Assembly: GCA_016839765.1 (NCBI GenBank)
Contig: JAEOTP010000007.1
Coordinates: 1-64,000 of the forward strand
Reading direction: 5' to 3'
DNA: 64,000 nucleotides
Source of the DNA: Promethearchaeota archaeon
Lineage (GTDB): Archaea > Asgardarchaeota > Lokiarchaeia > Sigyniarchaeales > SOKP01
Part shown: positions 1 to 9,796 of the stretch, piece after piece
Layout: each line of letters starts with the position of its first letter
Position numbering within the stretch: the stretch's first letter is position 1
Made by a program: the position numbers and the translations under genes
The notes under the pieces: generated by a model
What the model was told of the DNA's origin: nothing
Databases searched by the model: none
Seen by the model: only the letters and a program-made list of their open reading frames with translations

Positions 1-20
1 AAGAAGTAGTGAAAATTTGA

Positions 21-1289
21 ATGGATCAAGAGCCTACAAAACAAACATTTAAGCAATATTTATTTTTTTTATTTGGGCAACAATTCTCATTATTAGGGTC
101 TATAGTTGTCTATTTTGTGATTACATGGTGGGTAACTGTTGAAACGGGGAATGCTGTGTATTTAGCGATAATGTCGTTCTTATTTTTTGTTCCACAAATA
201 ATAGTAACTCCAATCGCAGGAGTGTTATCTGATAAATTAGATCGGAAGAAAATTCTAATTTTAATAGATGGTTTCCAAGCATTCGTGACGTTTTTTTTAT
301 TTTTGATATTTTTTCTGAAAATTTCAAACGTGTGGTTGATAATTACAATAAACACTTTACGTAGTACACTTCAAGCGATACACCTACCTACGGTTAATGC
401 GATTGTTCCTACAATGGTTCCAAAAGAAAAATTAAGTAGAATTAATGGAATAAATTTTCTTATGATGATTGTTGGTCCAATTTTAGCCGGATTTCTTCTG
501 GAAATTATCCCAGTTGCTAATTTAATATTACTTGACATTTTTACATTCCTTATTGCTCTTATTCCACTCATTCTCGTAAAAATTCCTTCTGCATCTGTTA
601 ATTCGATTAAAAAAGTGAAAAAAACCTTTATTAAGGATTTTAAAGAAGGGTTTAAGATAGTAAATGCAATTCCTGGACTTCTTAGTTTAATGCTTTATGC
701 GATGCTGGCGAATTTTTTTACACGACCTTTTATGGTATTAATCCCATACTTTGTTAAATTTGTACATTTTGGAGTACCTCTTAGTTATGCTCTAGTTATG
801 ACTTTTTCACAGATAGGCAGTATATCAGGTGCAGTGATTTCATCATTAAAGAAGAATTGGAAGCATAAAGTGACAACGATGATGTTATTAACAATAATTT
901 TCTTTATCGCATATGGATCAGTTATATTAGCTCCTACAGGCAATTTTATATTTATTGGGATATGCGTTTTAGTGGCTTTTTCTACTTTTCCAATCAATTG
1001 GGCAATCTATATGACAATTTTACAGACTGGAGTCCCAAAAGACAAAATTGGTAGAGTGGTTTCGATTGATCATATGATTTCTATGGCGATTACACCTATA
1101 GGAGCAATAATTTCGGGACCTTTAGCAGAATTAATGGGTATCAATAATTTATATCTAGTAAGTGCTCTTCTTGGAATAGCTTTCACAATAATAATCTGGT
1201 CTTTTACAAAAATTAGAATTCTAGATCAGAAAGAAAAAGTAGTTTTTGAAGAAATTACAAAAACACAAGAAGAGTTAATAATTGAATAA
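21..1289 (+). CDS. MFS transporter (DHA3/MefA-like macrolide efflux family)
   Basis: About 12 hydrophobic segments; motif A-like GVLSDKLDRKKIL; N-terminal GQQFSLLGS. Confidence 0.85.
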   Translation: MDQEPTKQTFKQYLFFLFGQQFSLLGSIVVYFVITWWVTVETGNAVYLAIMSFLFFVPQIIVTPIAGVLSDKLDRKKILILIDGFQAFVTFFLFLIFFLKISNVWLIITINTLRSTLQAIHLPTVNAIVPTMVPKEKLSRINGINFLMMIVGPILAGFLLEIIPVANLILLDIFTFLIALIPLILVKIPSASVNSIKKVKKTFIKDFKEGFKIVNAIPGLLSLMLYAMLANFFTRPFMVLIPYFVKFVHFGVPLSYALVMTFSQIGSISGAVISSLKKNWKHKVTTMMLLTIIFFIAYGSVILAPTGNFIFIGICVLVAFSTFPINWAIYMTILQTGVPKDKIGRVVSIDHMISMAITPIGAIISGPLAELMGINNLYLVSALLGIAFTIIIWSFTKIRILDQKEKVVFEEITKTQEELIIE

Positions 1290-1303
1290 AAATTTTCTAG
1301 ATT

Positions 1304-3307
1304 TTATAGATTCAGCTGTTTCTTCCAAAATTTTATTTTTTTATCTGTATCTTCCCTTTCTGCTCTAGAAAGCAATTTAGGGATTGTTTTAAGAGCAGCA
1401 ATAGTAATACTCATTTGACTTAGAACTCTGGAATATCCCCTTTCTTCAACTATTTTGTTCCGCAAAAATTCAATATCAGAAGAAAGCTCACTGGCTAACT
1501 TATTATCTAAATTATTTAATATTTCAGTAAATAATTCTGATACTGATTTTCCTTCTAAATCTGTGGTTACGGGTTTAGGAATTTCAATGCTAGAATGGGG
1601 TTTGCTCTGAGGCTCAATTAAAGGTTTTTGTTCTAATTTTGGCTTTTGTTTTAGAGGCTCTAATGGTTCTACTTTTTTCGGTACAGTTTGTGTCTTAATT
1701 ACAGGCTCAGTTTTGAATGAAGTCGTTGGTTTAGGTATACTAATTTCCTTTTTAACATTAGTGGTAGGTTGTGGCATAATAGGTTCAAATTTCTTTTGAG
1801 GTGGTGCTTGAAAATCAGGACCTAAAGAATACATAATTTCTTCATCACTTATTTTTTTAGCCTGCATCCATACCTCTTCAAGAACACCTGCAAATAATTT
1901 TACATGTTCTTCAAGGATCGATCCCATACCAGCGATTTCCAATTCTGCTCCTTCTATTTTTGATACAGCACATACTACAACTTCTTCAAAATCTCTATTA
2001 ATAGCCCATAAATTTTCTCTTGGATAATGTCGAACACTCATGTTAGTATATTTTACAATTTCAGCAAGTTTAGCTTTATCCCTTGGATCACCCAAATTAA
2101 AATTAGTAGAAATTCTTACATTAGTATGCTTCTTTACTTTAGAAAGAGCTACTAAATCTACATCGGCTAATCTAGGCGCTATTATATGAACTCTCATTTT
2201 CAATCGCGTTAGCGCTTCATTAATCTGGGCTCTTATTCCTTCAACACTTCTAACAAACCAAACATCTTTAAACGTTAACATTGATGCTCTTTTGCTTCTT
2301 TCCCAAAACTCTGTCATTGTATCCTGCGAGAGATCAAGTTGATTAATGATACTCATCATGATATCTTCTTCAAGGGTTTTGTAAATTTCTTTTTGGAACA
2401 TTTCTTTCAGTTCCTCAATACCTTTTTCAACGTCCTCATAAACTGTAGATATTCTCTGATCTAAATCTTCTAGAGTTTCTCTTAATCGCCCTTCTATATC
2501 CGTAAAAACATCGCCCAAATCGCTAGACATCTCCCCTGCAGCATCTGATATCGTTGCGAGTTGGTTGGTTACCTGATCTAAAGTATTTTCAATTGTTTTT
2601 ACAAACTTTTCTTTAAAGTAATCAGTTAAGTCAACAAATTGCTCAGAAATAATCTTTGATACTATTTTTTCTGCCATACTTTTGAGTGCCCCAATCCTAA
2701 ACTGTTTTTCAAATGCATCTGAGATCTCTGATTTCATCTTATCTAAGCGTTCTTCTACAATTCCAAATTCTTTAAGAATTTCATCAGGTACTATTTCTCT
2801 TAAATTCAATATGAAACTTCGAATTTCTTGAAATCTCTTCACGCTCTCCAGCTCTTTTTCTACTCTACTAAATTGGGACTTCAATTGAGCTGGTAGATTC
2901 GTCTTCATCATATGGATATAATTACGATATTCATTGAGTTTTCCAATTTTAGCTGATTGTTCTTCAATTTCTCGAAATTTTAATTCTAAAGTCTTTGGAG
3001 TTGATTCCCGAATGGTTTTTACAACCTCTTTAAATTGCCCAATTTGGTTTAATAAAGCAGTATAGGGGGGTAAGGCAACATAAAACGGTGTTTTTCCGGG
3101 AACTTCTCTTACCAGCCCTTTATTAAGTAGGTTTTTTGCGATTTGAGAGGCTCTCTCTTCGGGAACATCTACTAAAAGGGCTATTTCTCCAACTAAAACC
3201 GGACCTCTACCAGTTAAATGGAAGTATGTATCAACCTCATCTTGAGTTAATCCAATTAATTCTAAAACTTGTTTAGTTGATTTAAATTCATCTTGTTCAA
3301 GAGACAT
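1304..3307 (-). CDS. TrmB-like winged-HTH protein with long coiled-coil, putative PLD-like effector domain and Pro/Lys-rich linker
   Basis: N-terminal LELIGLTQDEVDTYFHL...GEIA...LLNKGLV...YVALPP is TrmB-HTH-like; about 250-aa helical region; VWFVRSVEGIRAQINEAL...VHIIAP resembles the TrmB C-terminal PLD-like fold; PQPTT/PKPTT-rich linker. Confidence 0.6.
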   Translation of the reverse strand: MSLEQDEFKSTKQVLELIGLTQDEVDTYFHLTGRGPVLVGEIALLVDVPEERASQIAKNLLNKGLVREVPGKTPFYVALPPYTALLNQIGQFKEVVKTIRESTPKTLELKFREIEEQSAKIGKLNEYRNYIHMMKTNLPAQLKSQFSRVEKELESVKRFQEIRSFILNLREIVPDEILKEFGIVEERLDKMKSEISDAFEKQFRIGALKSMAEKIVSKIISEQFVDLTDYFKEKFVKTIENTLDQVTNQLATISDAAGEMSSDLGDVFTDIEGRLRETLEDLDQRISTVYEDVEKGIEELKEMFQKEIYKTLEEDIMMSIINQLDLSQDTMTEFWERSKRASMLTFKDVWFVRSVEGIRAQINEALTRLKMRVHIIAPRLADVDLVALSKVKKHTNVRISTNFNLGDPRDKAKLAEIVKYTNMSVRHYPRENLWAINRDFEEVVVCAVSKIEGAELEIAGMGSILEEHVKLFAGVLEEVWMQAKKISDEEIMYSLGPDFQAPPQKKFEPIMPQPTTNVKKEISIPKPTTSFKTEPVIKTQTVPKKVEPLEPLKQKPKLEQKPLIEPQSKPHSSIEIPKPVTTDLEGKSVSELFTEILNNLDNKLASELSSDIEFLRNKIVEERGYSRVLSQMSITIAALKTIPKLLSRAEREDTDKKIKFWKKQLNL

Positions 3308-3331
3308 TTTTTATAAAGACACCTTATATAA

Positions 3332-4459
3332 TTATTTTTTATAAATTTGTTCAAGTAATTCTAAATGCTTAACAGCAGTTTCTTTTTTTAATTTTACTTC
3401 AATTACTGCTTTACTGATATTTTCAATTAAATATTCTGGATAGAATGATTGAGCTATTAGATCAGTTAATAAAAAAACCCAAACCGTATCATCTTCATCC
3501 TTCAGAACTGCTATTATTTTATCATTTTCTAAAGCAATTAAAAACTTTTTTATTTGTTCAAAACTTTCTCCGGGACCTTTAGGGAGCTTATTAATAGGGT
3601 ATGGTTTCTCTCTAAGAAGAATAATATAATCAAAAATATCAGGATTTATCATATGAGCTGCAATTTTTAAATTATCATCAAAGGAAGGTTCATAGTCCGA
3701 GAAATAGTTTGTTGCTAATTCAAGATATTTATTAGCCAGATTTGGGTTTGGTATCCCTTTTCGAGCATCTTCAATTACTTTATTTACTGGAGCTCTCATA
3801 ATACTAAAATCTGAAAGTAGAAATAAACTTATATCTGGATCACCCTCAATCCAATCCTGTTTAACTAAATCAGTTTTTACGAATGGATCAAGTGAGTTAT
3901 CTAGATTTGCAATATATCTCCCTATTTTTTCTTCAAGCAAATTTCGTAATTCTGTTTTGGTTACTGCCCTCTCTTGTAGGATCTCTAAAATTTTTCTGCT
4001 TCTTTCGCTAGTGTAAATTTGAGCCATTATTTGCTCCTTTGTCAAATTTTTCAAACGCTCCAAAAAAAGTAAAGTATCTTTAACGTAATTAGTTAATTCT
4101 TTTGTTAATTCGTAAGAATCATTTGGATATTGATTAATACGTTTTAAATAGAGCAAAATGTTTCGATTTATTTGAGAAATTACCATTTCACCAAAAATCT
4201 CAGGATCTTCTCCTAATTCTAACATTAAGTTAATCATATATGGTTTTTCAGACTCCATACCTGTGAAATAGCTTGATACATTTGAGTGTGCTTTTTCCAG
4301 TCTAACTAATACTTGACCTGCTTCCCCTGCACCTGTGATATGAGCATAGAATATCCTCATCATATCATCTAAATCGATTATTATATTCTCTGGATAGCTA
4401 AACTTAACAATTAAACCTTGATCTTCTGACCATTCTGTTATTATTAATCCTTGAGGCAT
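3332..4459 (-). CDS. Asgard-type protein with N-terminal longin/uDENN-like domain and probable winged-helix region (paralogue of 8665-9789)
   Basis: N-terminal GLIITEWSEDQGLIVKFSYP resembles the uDENN/longin start; long near-identical stretch shared with 8665-9789; ATG directly follows the upstream TAA. Confidence 0.55.
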   Translation of the reverse strand: MPQGLIITEWSEDQGLIVKFSYPENIIIDLDDMMRIFYAHITGAGEAGQVLVRLEKAHSNVSSYFTGMESEKPYMINLMLELGEDPEIFGEMVISQINRNILLYLKRINQYPNDSYELTKELTNYVKDTLLFLERLKNLTKEQIMAQIYTSERSRKILEILQERAVTKTELRNLLEEKIGRYIANLDNSLDPFVKTDLVKQDWIEGDPDISLFLLSDFSIMRAPVNKVIEDARKGIPNPNLANKYLELATNYFSDYEPSFDDNLKIAAHMINPDIFDYIILLREKPYPINKLPKGPGESFEQIKKFLIALENDKIIAVLKDEDDTVWVFLLTDLIAQSFYPEYLIENISKAVIEVKLKKETAVKHLELLEQIYKK

Positions 4460-7400
4460 TTAACTCCCTCCATTTTGTAAATTATCACCTTTTTCAATTT
4501 TAGAATCCACTTGTTCTTTAAAAACTTTTTCGGATTTGATTGGTTTTAATTCCATTTGCTCAATTTTGTTTTTGAAATTCTCATTAACAATTTCTTCTCG
4601 TTTATTAAGCGATATTGGTTTAATTTTCTTTCCCTTCCTAACCTTTTTTCTCAATTTTCTTATTTTTCTTACTAGAGGAGGATATTTAAAGTGTTTCTGA
4701 TACAATCCAAAAACCGAAAGAAGTCCTATTATTACTGAAGAAAAAATAATAATGAGCCAGGTTAAGTCTAAACCTTCTCTTACATTAACACTTAAAGTTA
4801 TCTCATAGCTTTCAAAATCGTAATCATCTCCTGCAGAAGCTGTTATTGTTATGATATAAGTTCCTGAAGGTACATTTACTAAGTCTGCCTCATAAATACC
4901 ATCATTTTCAGGATCCAAAAGTAGTCCCTGTCCATAAGCCCATTTATAAGTCACTGTAGCATTTTTAATAAGTTCGCCAAATGGAAGCATATTGGTATTA
5001 TTTAATATGATAATTAGTTTAATAGTATCTCCTTCTAATCCAGTTATATAAGGTTCTCCCTCTAAAGTACTCGTTGTTATCTTTATGCGGTTGGTAGTAA
5101 TCCTTAAATCTATGGTTCTTATTTGAAAATTGTTTGCATGAGCCACAATCGTAAACAGACTCACTCCAATCTTTAAATTTGTCGTATTGAGATAAATACT
5201 ATATTGATTTAAATTTTCCGTGAAATTTAATGTATCACCCTCTCCTATCAATTGGACTAATGCACCAGAAATATGAAGTCCTGTTTGATTATCAGTATAA
5301 TATATTGTTACATTTAGAATATTGCCTATTGTAACTTCAATAACAGGATCAGGAGTCACATTTTCACGATCTAATAATAAATCTAATTCTGATTCTCTTT
5401 CAACTACTTCAACGAAAAATTGAATACTTTGAGCCTGATATTTATCCAACTGCGCAAATATAGTTAAAACAGTAATTCCTTGATCTAAATCATTTGTATC
5501 TATGGTTCTATTATAGTGACTACTTGTTTCAGTAAAATTTCCTCTTCCTATTAATGTTATAGTTGCACCATCAAGAAGCAATTGAGTTACATTATCCATA
5601 TAGTATACCGTAACATTGATAAATTCATTAACTTCGACTTGAATTTGATCACCATCATTTTTCGGAACACCATCTAAAAATAATAGTAAATCTGTTTCTC
5701 TTTCCACTATTTCAACGAAAAATTGAATACTCTCAGATTGATAATTATCCAATCGAGCAAATACGGTTAAAACACTAATACCAGGATCTAATTCATCAGT
5801 GTCTATAGTAATATTATATTGGTTATTTATTTCAGTTAGACTTAAATCCAACCCCGCCCCTTTCAAAGTTACATTAGCACCACTAAGATGTTGTTTAGTT
5901 ATATTATCTTGGTAATGTACTGTAACATTTATGAATTCATTAGCTTGAACTTGGATTGTATCCTTATCTGTTTTTAATTCACCATCTAAAACTAATGTTA
6001 AAGAAGACGCTAATTCAGTTATTGAAACCCTAATTAAAACAGACTGGGGTTCATATTTATACGGATTTATTGAAATTATGAACGATTGAAGCGTAAGTGC
6101 AGCATAAGCAGACGTATTACATTCTAATTCATACCGCCCAACACTGGGTTGAGTTAAGTGATAATCACCTAGCCATTCATCAATAGTAATATCTGTGGTA
6201 TCAATCCCAATTTGCGGATTATTCTTTTCAGTATAATTAAATCGCACTGTAAAATTTTGGCTCCAGGGAACAGTAAAAAAGTCAGTTTCGATAGTCAGAA
6301 TTGTCTGTTTAATTACCTCAACCGTAATATTTATGATTTTATTTGAATAATAGGTTGAATTAGCATAAATTGTTACAGTATTATTTCCTGCATTGGCTTT
6401 TGTAGCATTAAATTCATATAAGTAAAAACCTGGACTTATTCTATCAAAAGTTTCAATTGTTCCAGTAAAATCTGTGTATACTAATGCATAATCTATTGCA
6501 GATCCATCTACTAAATCACTAAATGATACTTTAATATTGATTATTCTGTCGTCAAACACGTTTTCAATGAAAAAAGTACCTTGATCAGGATAAAGGAGAG
6601 CCTCGTGGATTACAATAAACTTTTTATAAATAACTCCTGTCTCATTTGAACCAAAGAATGAATATGAATTATTCCAAGTAATAATCGCCTCATATTCTCC
6701 TGTTTCATAATTTGGAACATCATCAGGTATCATAATAGGATCAAAAAACACCATTCCTGTATCATCTACAGGCTTTAGCTGATTTTGTATTGACCAAATC
6801 GAACCATTTGGAAATTTTATTTGAAGCAATGCTTTTGTTTGTTGGATATATCCAGAAATCAATTGGGAATTATTAATCTTTCCTGTAATGTTAATATATT
6901 CTCCACTTAGAAATTCATTATTAAGCTCCCAATCGCCTGTAACATTATTGTATATGCCTATTTCTTTACAGTAATTAGGTGATACTGCTGTTAACTTCCA
7001 GAATCCATTTGTATTACTTGTTATGGAACTTACTGGAATATTTACAAACTTTTTGTTTCCATATTCTTTTATAGAAGTTTGAGAAAGAGAATCAGGATTT
7101 TGAGAGAAAAATACTCCTGTTAAACTATAATCAGAAGGATATTCAACTGTCATATTTGTTTCTTCGTATCCTGCTGGAATCTCCATATGTGCATACGTTG
7201 TCCAATTCACATTACTATTATTAGATGCGATAAAAGAGGAGCCTTGATAACTTAAATCAGGATCAGCAGTATAATAGGTTTCAGGACTAAATTTATTTGT
7301 AAACAAATTCAATTTTGTCTCAAGTTCTATTTTGTAACTTAACCAACTCCCCTCTTCTTCAAAAGTTAAAGGCCAATTCGAATCACTACTAAAATTAGCA

Positions 7401-8521
7401 ATTACTGATGTTTGGAGGCTTCCATTCCAATTACCAATAATACCAAGGTTACCTTCACCATAATTGACATTGTTTTTTACTTCTTCATTGTTTAACTGTA
7501 ATTCCAGTTGAGATGGCTTTGCTTTAGATTTTACAATTAACGATACGTTATCAAATAGTAAAGAATAGGATGTTGCATAACCAGGATTTTCATGTCCACT
7601 AACTCTTTTAAATTCTAAAGTAATATTCATGCTTTTAACACCATTAGGAAATAATTGTTCATCATTAGGATCTAAGTAAATTGATGGTGGATTATACCAT
7701 TGCCCACTAGAAGGGTTACCGCATGCCTCTAACATTGATGCAAGACCATTACCCCATAAAACTTTATTATTTACTATAGCTTGCAACACGAAATGATTAT
7801 TATATTGATCACTATATTTTGGAAAGACTGAAAAACTTAACCAAGCTTCCTCTACATCACCTCTATCAATTTCAAAAACGGTTTCCCACCAACATTTGTC
7901 ACCAACGTCATATTCCCCCGAAGAGTCTCCAATCTGTAATTCCAAGCAATCAGCTCCACCTGAACCGCTATAACCAGTATCATAATAATTTCCTGAAAAG
8001 TCATTATCATTTCCTATTATATCCCCCTCTTTAAATGTCCAATTGGCAACATAATTACTATCGTTATCATTTCCAGAATCAACATTATCATCAGGACCAC
8101 AATGAAAGGTTCCATTAATCCAATTCCGTGTATCATATAAATTTGTTATTGTAGAATTTAATTGATATCCATTCCATCCATATAACTCTACTTTTGCATG
8201 AGTATCATCATAAGAATTATTATTAAAACTAACTTCTAAATTTGATTTTGTATAATTAGCATAATGAGTCACGTTCCAAGGGGCTCCTGTTCCTCTGAAA
8301 GAATTATCAGAAGCTAAATCTTGAGTTTCTAAATTCTTAATCTGAAAATCTTCATTATTAATGTATTTTTGATCTTCAGACCCTAAATTAGCATTTATAT
8401 CAAGATATTTTAAAGAAGCCATTAAAATGAAACTGATTAAAATGCCCGATAAAACTAAAATTCGCTTTTTATTATATCGCTTTAATTTTGCATACCTATT
8501 TGTTTTTCCTGACAGTCTCAA
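4460..8521 (-). CDS. Large single-pass cell-surface protein with Ig-like repeats and conserved cytoplasmic tail (paralogue A)
   Basis: N-terminal hydrophobic signal; many N-x-S/T sequons; repeated ~100-aa beta units (INVTVxYxDNxT...GAxVxLxG...IQFFVE); DPENDGIYE loop; C-terminal TM followed by YQKHFKYPPLVRKIRKLRKK. Confidence 0.8.
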   Translation of the reverse strand: MRLSGKTNRYAKLKRYNKKRILVLSGILISFILMASLKYLDINANLGSEDQKYINNEDFQIKNLETQDLASDNSFRGTGAPWNVTHYANYTKSNLEVSFNNNSYDDTHAKVELYGWNGYQLNSTITNLYDTRNWINGTFHCGPDDNVDSGNDNDSNYVANWTFKEGDIIGNDNDFSGNYYDTGYSGSGGADCLELQIGDSSGEYDVGDKCWWETVFEIDRGDVEEAWLSFSVFPKYSDQYNNHFVLQAIVNNKVLWGNGLASMLEACGNPSSGQWYNPPSIYLDPNDEQLFPNGVKSMNITLEFKRVSGHENPGYATSYSLLFDNVSLIVKSKAKPSQLELQLNNEEVKNNVNYGEGNLGIIGNWNGSLQTSVIANFSSDSNWPLTFEEEGSWLSYKIELETKLNLFTNKFSPETYYTADPDLSYQGSSFIASNNSNVNWTTYAHMEIPAGYEETNMTVEYPSDYSLTGVFFSQNPDSLSQTSIKEYGNKKFVNIPVSSITSNTNGFWKLTAVSPNYCKEIGIYNNVTGDWELNNEFLSGEYINITGKINNSQLISGYIQQTKALLQIKFPNGSIWSIQNQLKPVDDTGMVFFDPIMIPDDVPNYETGEYEAIITWNNSYSFFGSNETGVIYKKFIVIHEALLYPDQGTFFIENVFDDRIINIKVSFSDLVDGSAIDYALVYTDFTGTIETFDRISPGFYLYEFNATKANAGNNTVTIYANSTYYSNKIINITVEVIKQTILTIETDFFTVPWSQNFTVRFNYTEKNNPQIGIDTTDITIDEWLGDYHLTQPSVGRYELECNTSAYAALTLQSFIISINPYKYEPQSVLIRVSITELASSLTLVLDGELKTDKDTIQVQANEFINVTVHYQDNITKQHLSGANVTLKGAGLDLSLTEINNQYNITIDTDELDPGISVLTVFARLDNYQSESIQFFVEIVERETDLLLFLDGVPKNDGDQIQVEVNEFINVTVYYMDNVTQLLLDGATITLIGRGNFTETSSHYNRTIDTNDLDQGITVLTIFAQLDKYQAQSIQFFVEVVERESELDLLLDRENVTPDPVIEVTIGNILNVTIYYTDNQTGLHISGALVQLIGEGDTLNFTENLNQYSIYLNTTNLKIGVSLFTIVAHANNFQIRTIDLRITTNRIKITTSTLEGEPYITGLEGDTIKLIIILNNTNMLPFGELIKNATVTYKWAYGQGLLLDPENDGIYEADLVNVPSGTYIITITASAGDDYDFESYEITLSVNVREGLDLTWLIIIFSSVIIGLLSVFGLYQKHFKYPPLVRKIRKLRKKVRKGKKIKPISLNKREEIVNENFKNKIEQMELKPIKSEKVFKEQVDSKIEKGDNLQNGGS

Positions 8522-8664
8522 TCACCTATAATTACTTTTATTTTTTTTCTTTGATTCCTATTTAAACTATAAAAGTTTTTAAGAAAATTTACATAGATAA
8601 TAAAATTTTCTCTTTAAATATTTTTATTATAATAAAAAGTTATAAAGTGATATACAAAGAGCAC

Positions 8665-9789
8665 TTATTTTTTATATACTTGTTCAAGAAGTTCTAAATG
8701 TTTAATAGCAGTATTCTTTTTTAGCTTTTTATCACTGACATTTTTTCTAATATTTTCAATCATATATTCTGGATAAAAAGTATGTGCAACAACATCAGTT
8801 AAGAGAAAAATCCAATCTAATCCTTTGTCATCTGTTATAAATGTAATTATGTTGTCTTTTTCTAATAAATTTAAAAATTCTTTAATTTGATCAAAGGTTT
8901 CCCCCGGGCTTTTTGGGATTTTATTGATAGGATATGCTTTATCTCTAAAAAGAGTTATAAAATCGTATTTATCTGGATTTATCATGTTACTAGCTACTTT
9001 TATGTTATCTTCAAAATTGGGTTTGTATGACCTAAAAAAACGTTTCACTTCTTCTAAATATTTCTGAGCCAATTTCGGCGTAGGTAAATTCTTTTCTGCA
9101 TCTTCTATTACTTTAATTGCTGGTGTTCTTATGATTGTAAAATCAGAGAGTAAAAACAACGATATATCTTGATCTCCCTCTATCCAATCTTGTCTAATTA
9201 AATCAGTTTTAATAAAGGGGTCTAATGTAATTTCGAGATTATAAATTGATCTTCCTAATTTAACTTCTAAAGTATCTCTTAATTCTTTTCGAGCAAAAGC
9301 TTTGTCTTGTAATGTTTCTAATATTTTTCTTCCCTTTTCACTGACATAAATTTGAGCCATTCGTTGTTCTTTACTAAGATTTTTAAGACGTTCAAGTAGA
9401 AAAAGAGATGATTTAAGATAATCTTTTAATTCTTCATTAATCTCATAGCTTCGAGAGGGATTTTCTACCATCGCATTTAAATAATTCATTGTATTGGTAT
9501 TAATTTCTGAAATTACAATTTCACCAAATATTTCAGGTTCTTCATCTAATTCCAGCATCAAATTAACCATAAAAGGTACTTTGGAATCCATACCTGTAAA
9601 GTAACTGGAAACATTTGCCCGTGCTTTTTCCAATCTAACTAACACATTACCTGCTTCTGCAGCTCCAGTAATATGAGCATAAAAAATTCTCATCATATCA
9701 TCTAAATCAACAATTATAGTTTGGGGATAGCTAAATTGCACTGCTAAACCTTCATCAGTCCATCTAGTTATTATAAATCCTTTTGGCAT
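8665..9789 (-). CDS. Asgard-type protein with N-terminal longin/uDENN-like domain and probable winged-helix region (paralogue of 3332-4459)
   Basis: Shares DLDDMMRIFYAHITGAxEAGxVLVRLEKAxxNVSSYFTGM, LDPFxKTDLxxQDWIEGD and FYPEYxIENI with 3332-4459. Confidence 0.55.
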   Translation of the reverse strand: MPKGFIITRWTDEGLAVQFSYPQTIIVDLDDMMRIFYAHITGAAEAGNVLVRLEKARANVSSYFTGMDSKVPFMVNLMLELDEEPEIFGEIVISEINTNTMNYLNAMVENPSRSYEINEELKDYLKSSLFLLERLKNLSKEQRMAQIYVSEKGRKILETLQDKAFARKELRDTLEVKLGRSIYNLEITLDPFIKTDLIRQDWIEGDQDISLFLLSDFTIIRTPAIKVIEDAEKNLPTPKLAQKYLEEVKRFFRSYKPNFEDNIKVASNMINPDKYDFITLFRDKAYPINKIPKSPGETFDQIKEFLNLLEKDNIITFITDDKGLDWIFLLTDVVAHTFYPEYMIENIRKNVSDKKLKKNTAIKHLELLEQVYKK

Positions 9790-9796
9790 CTATATT

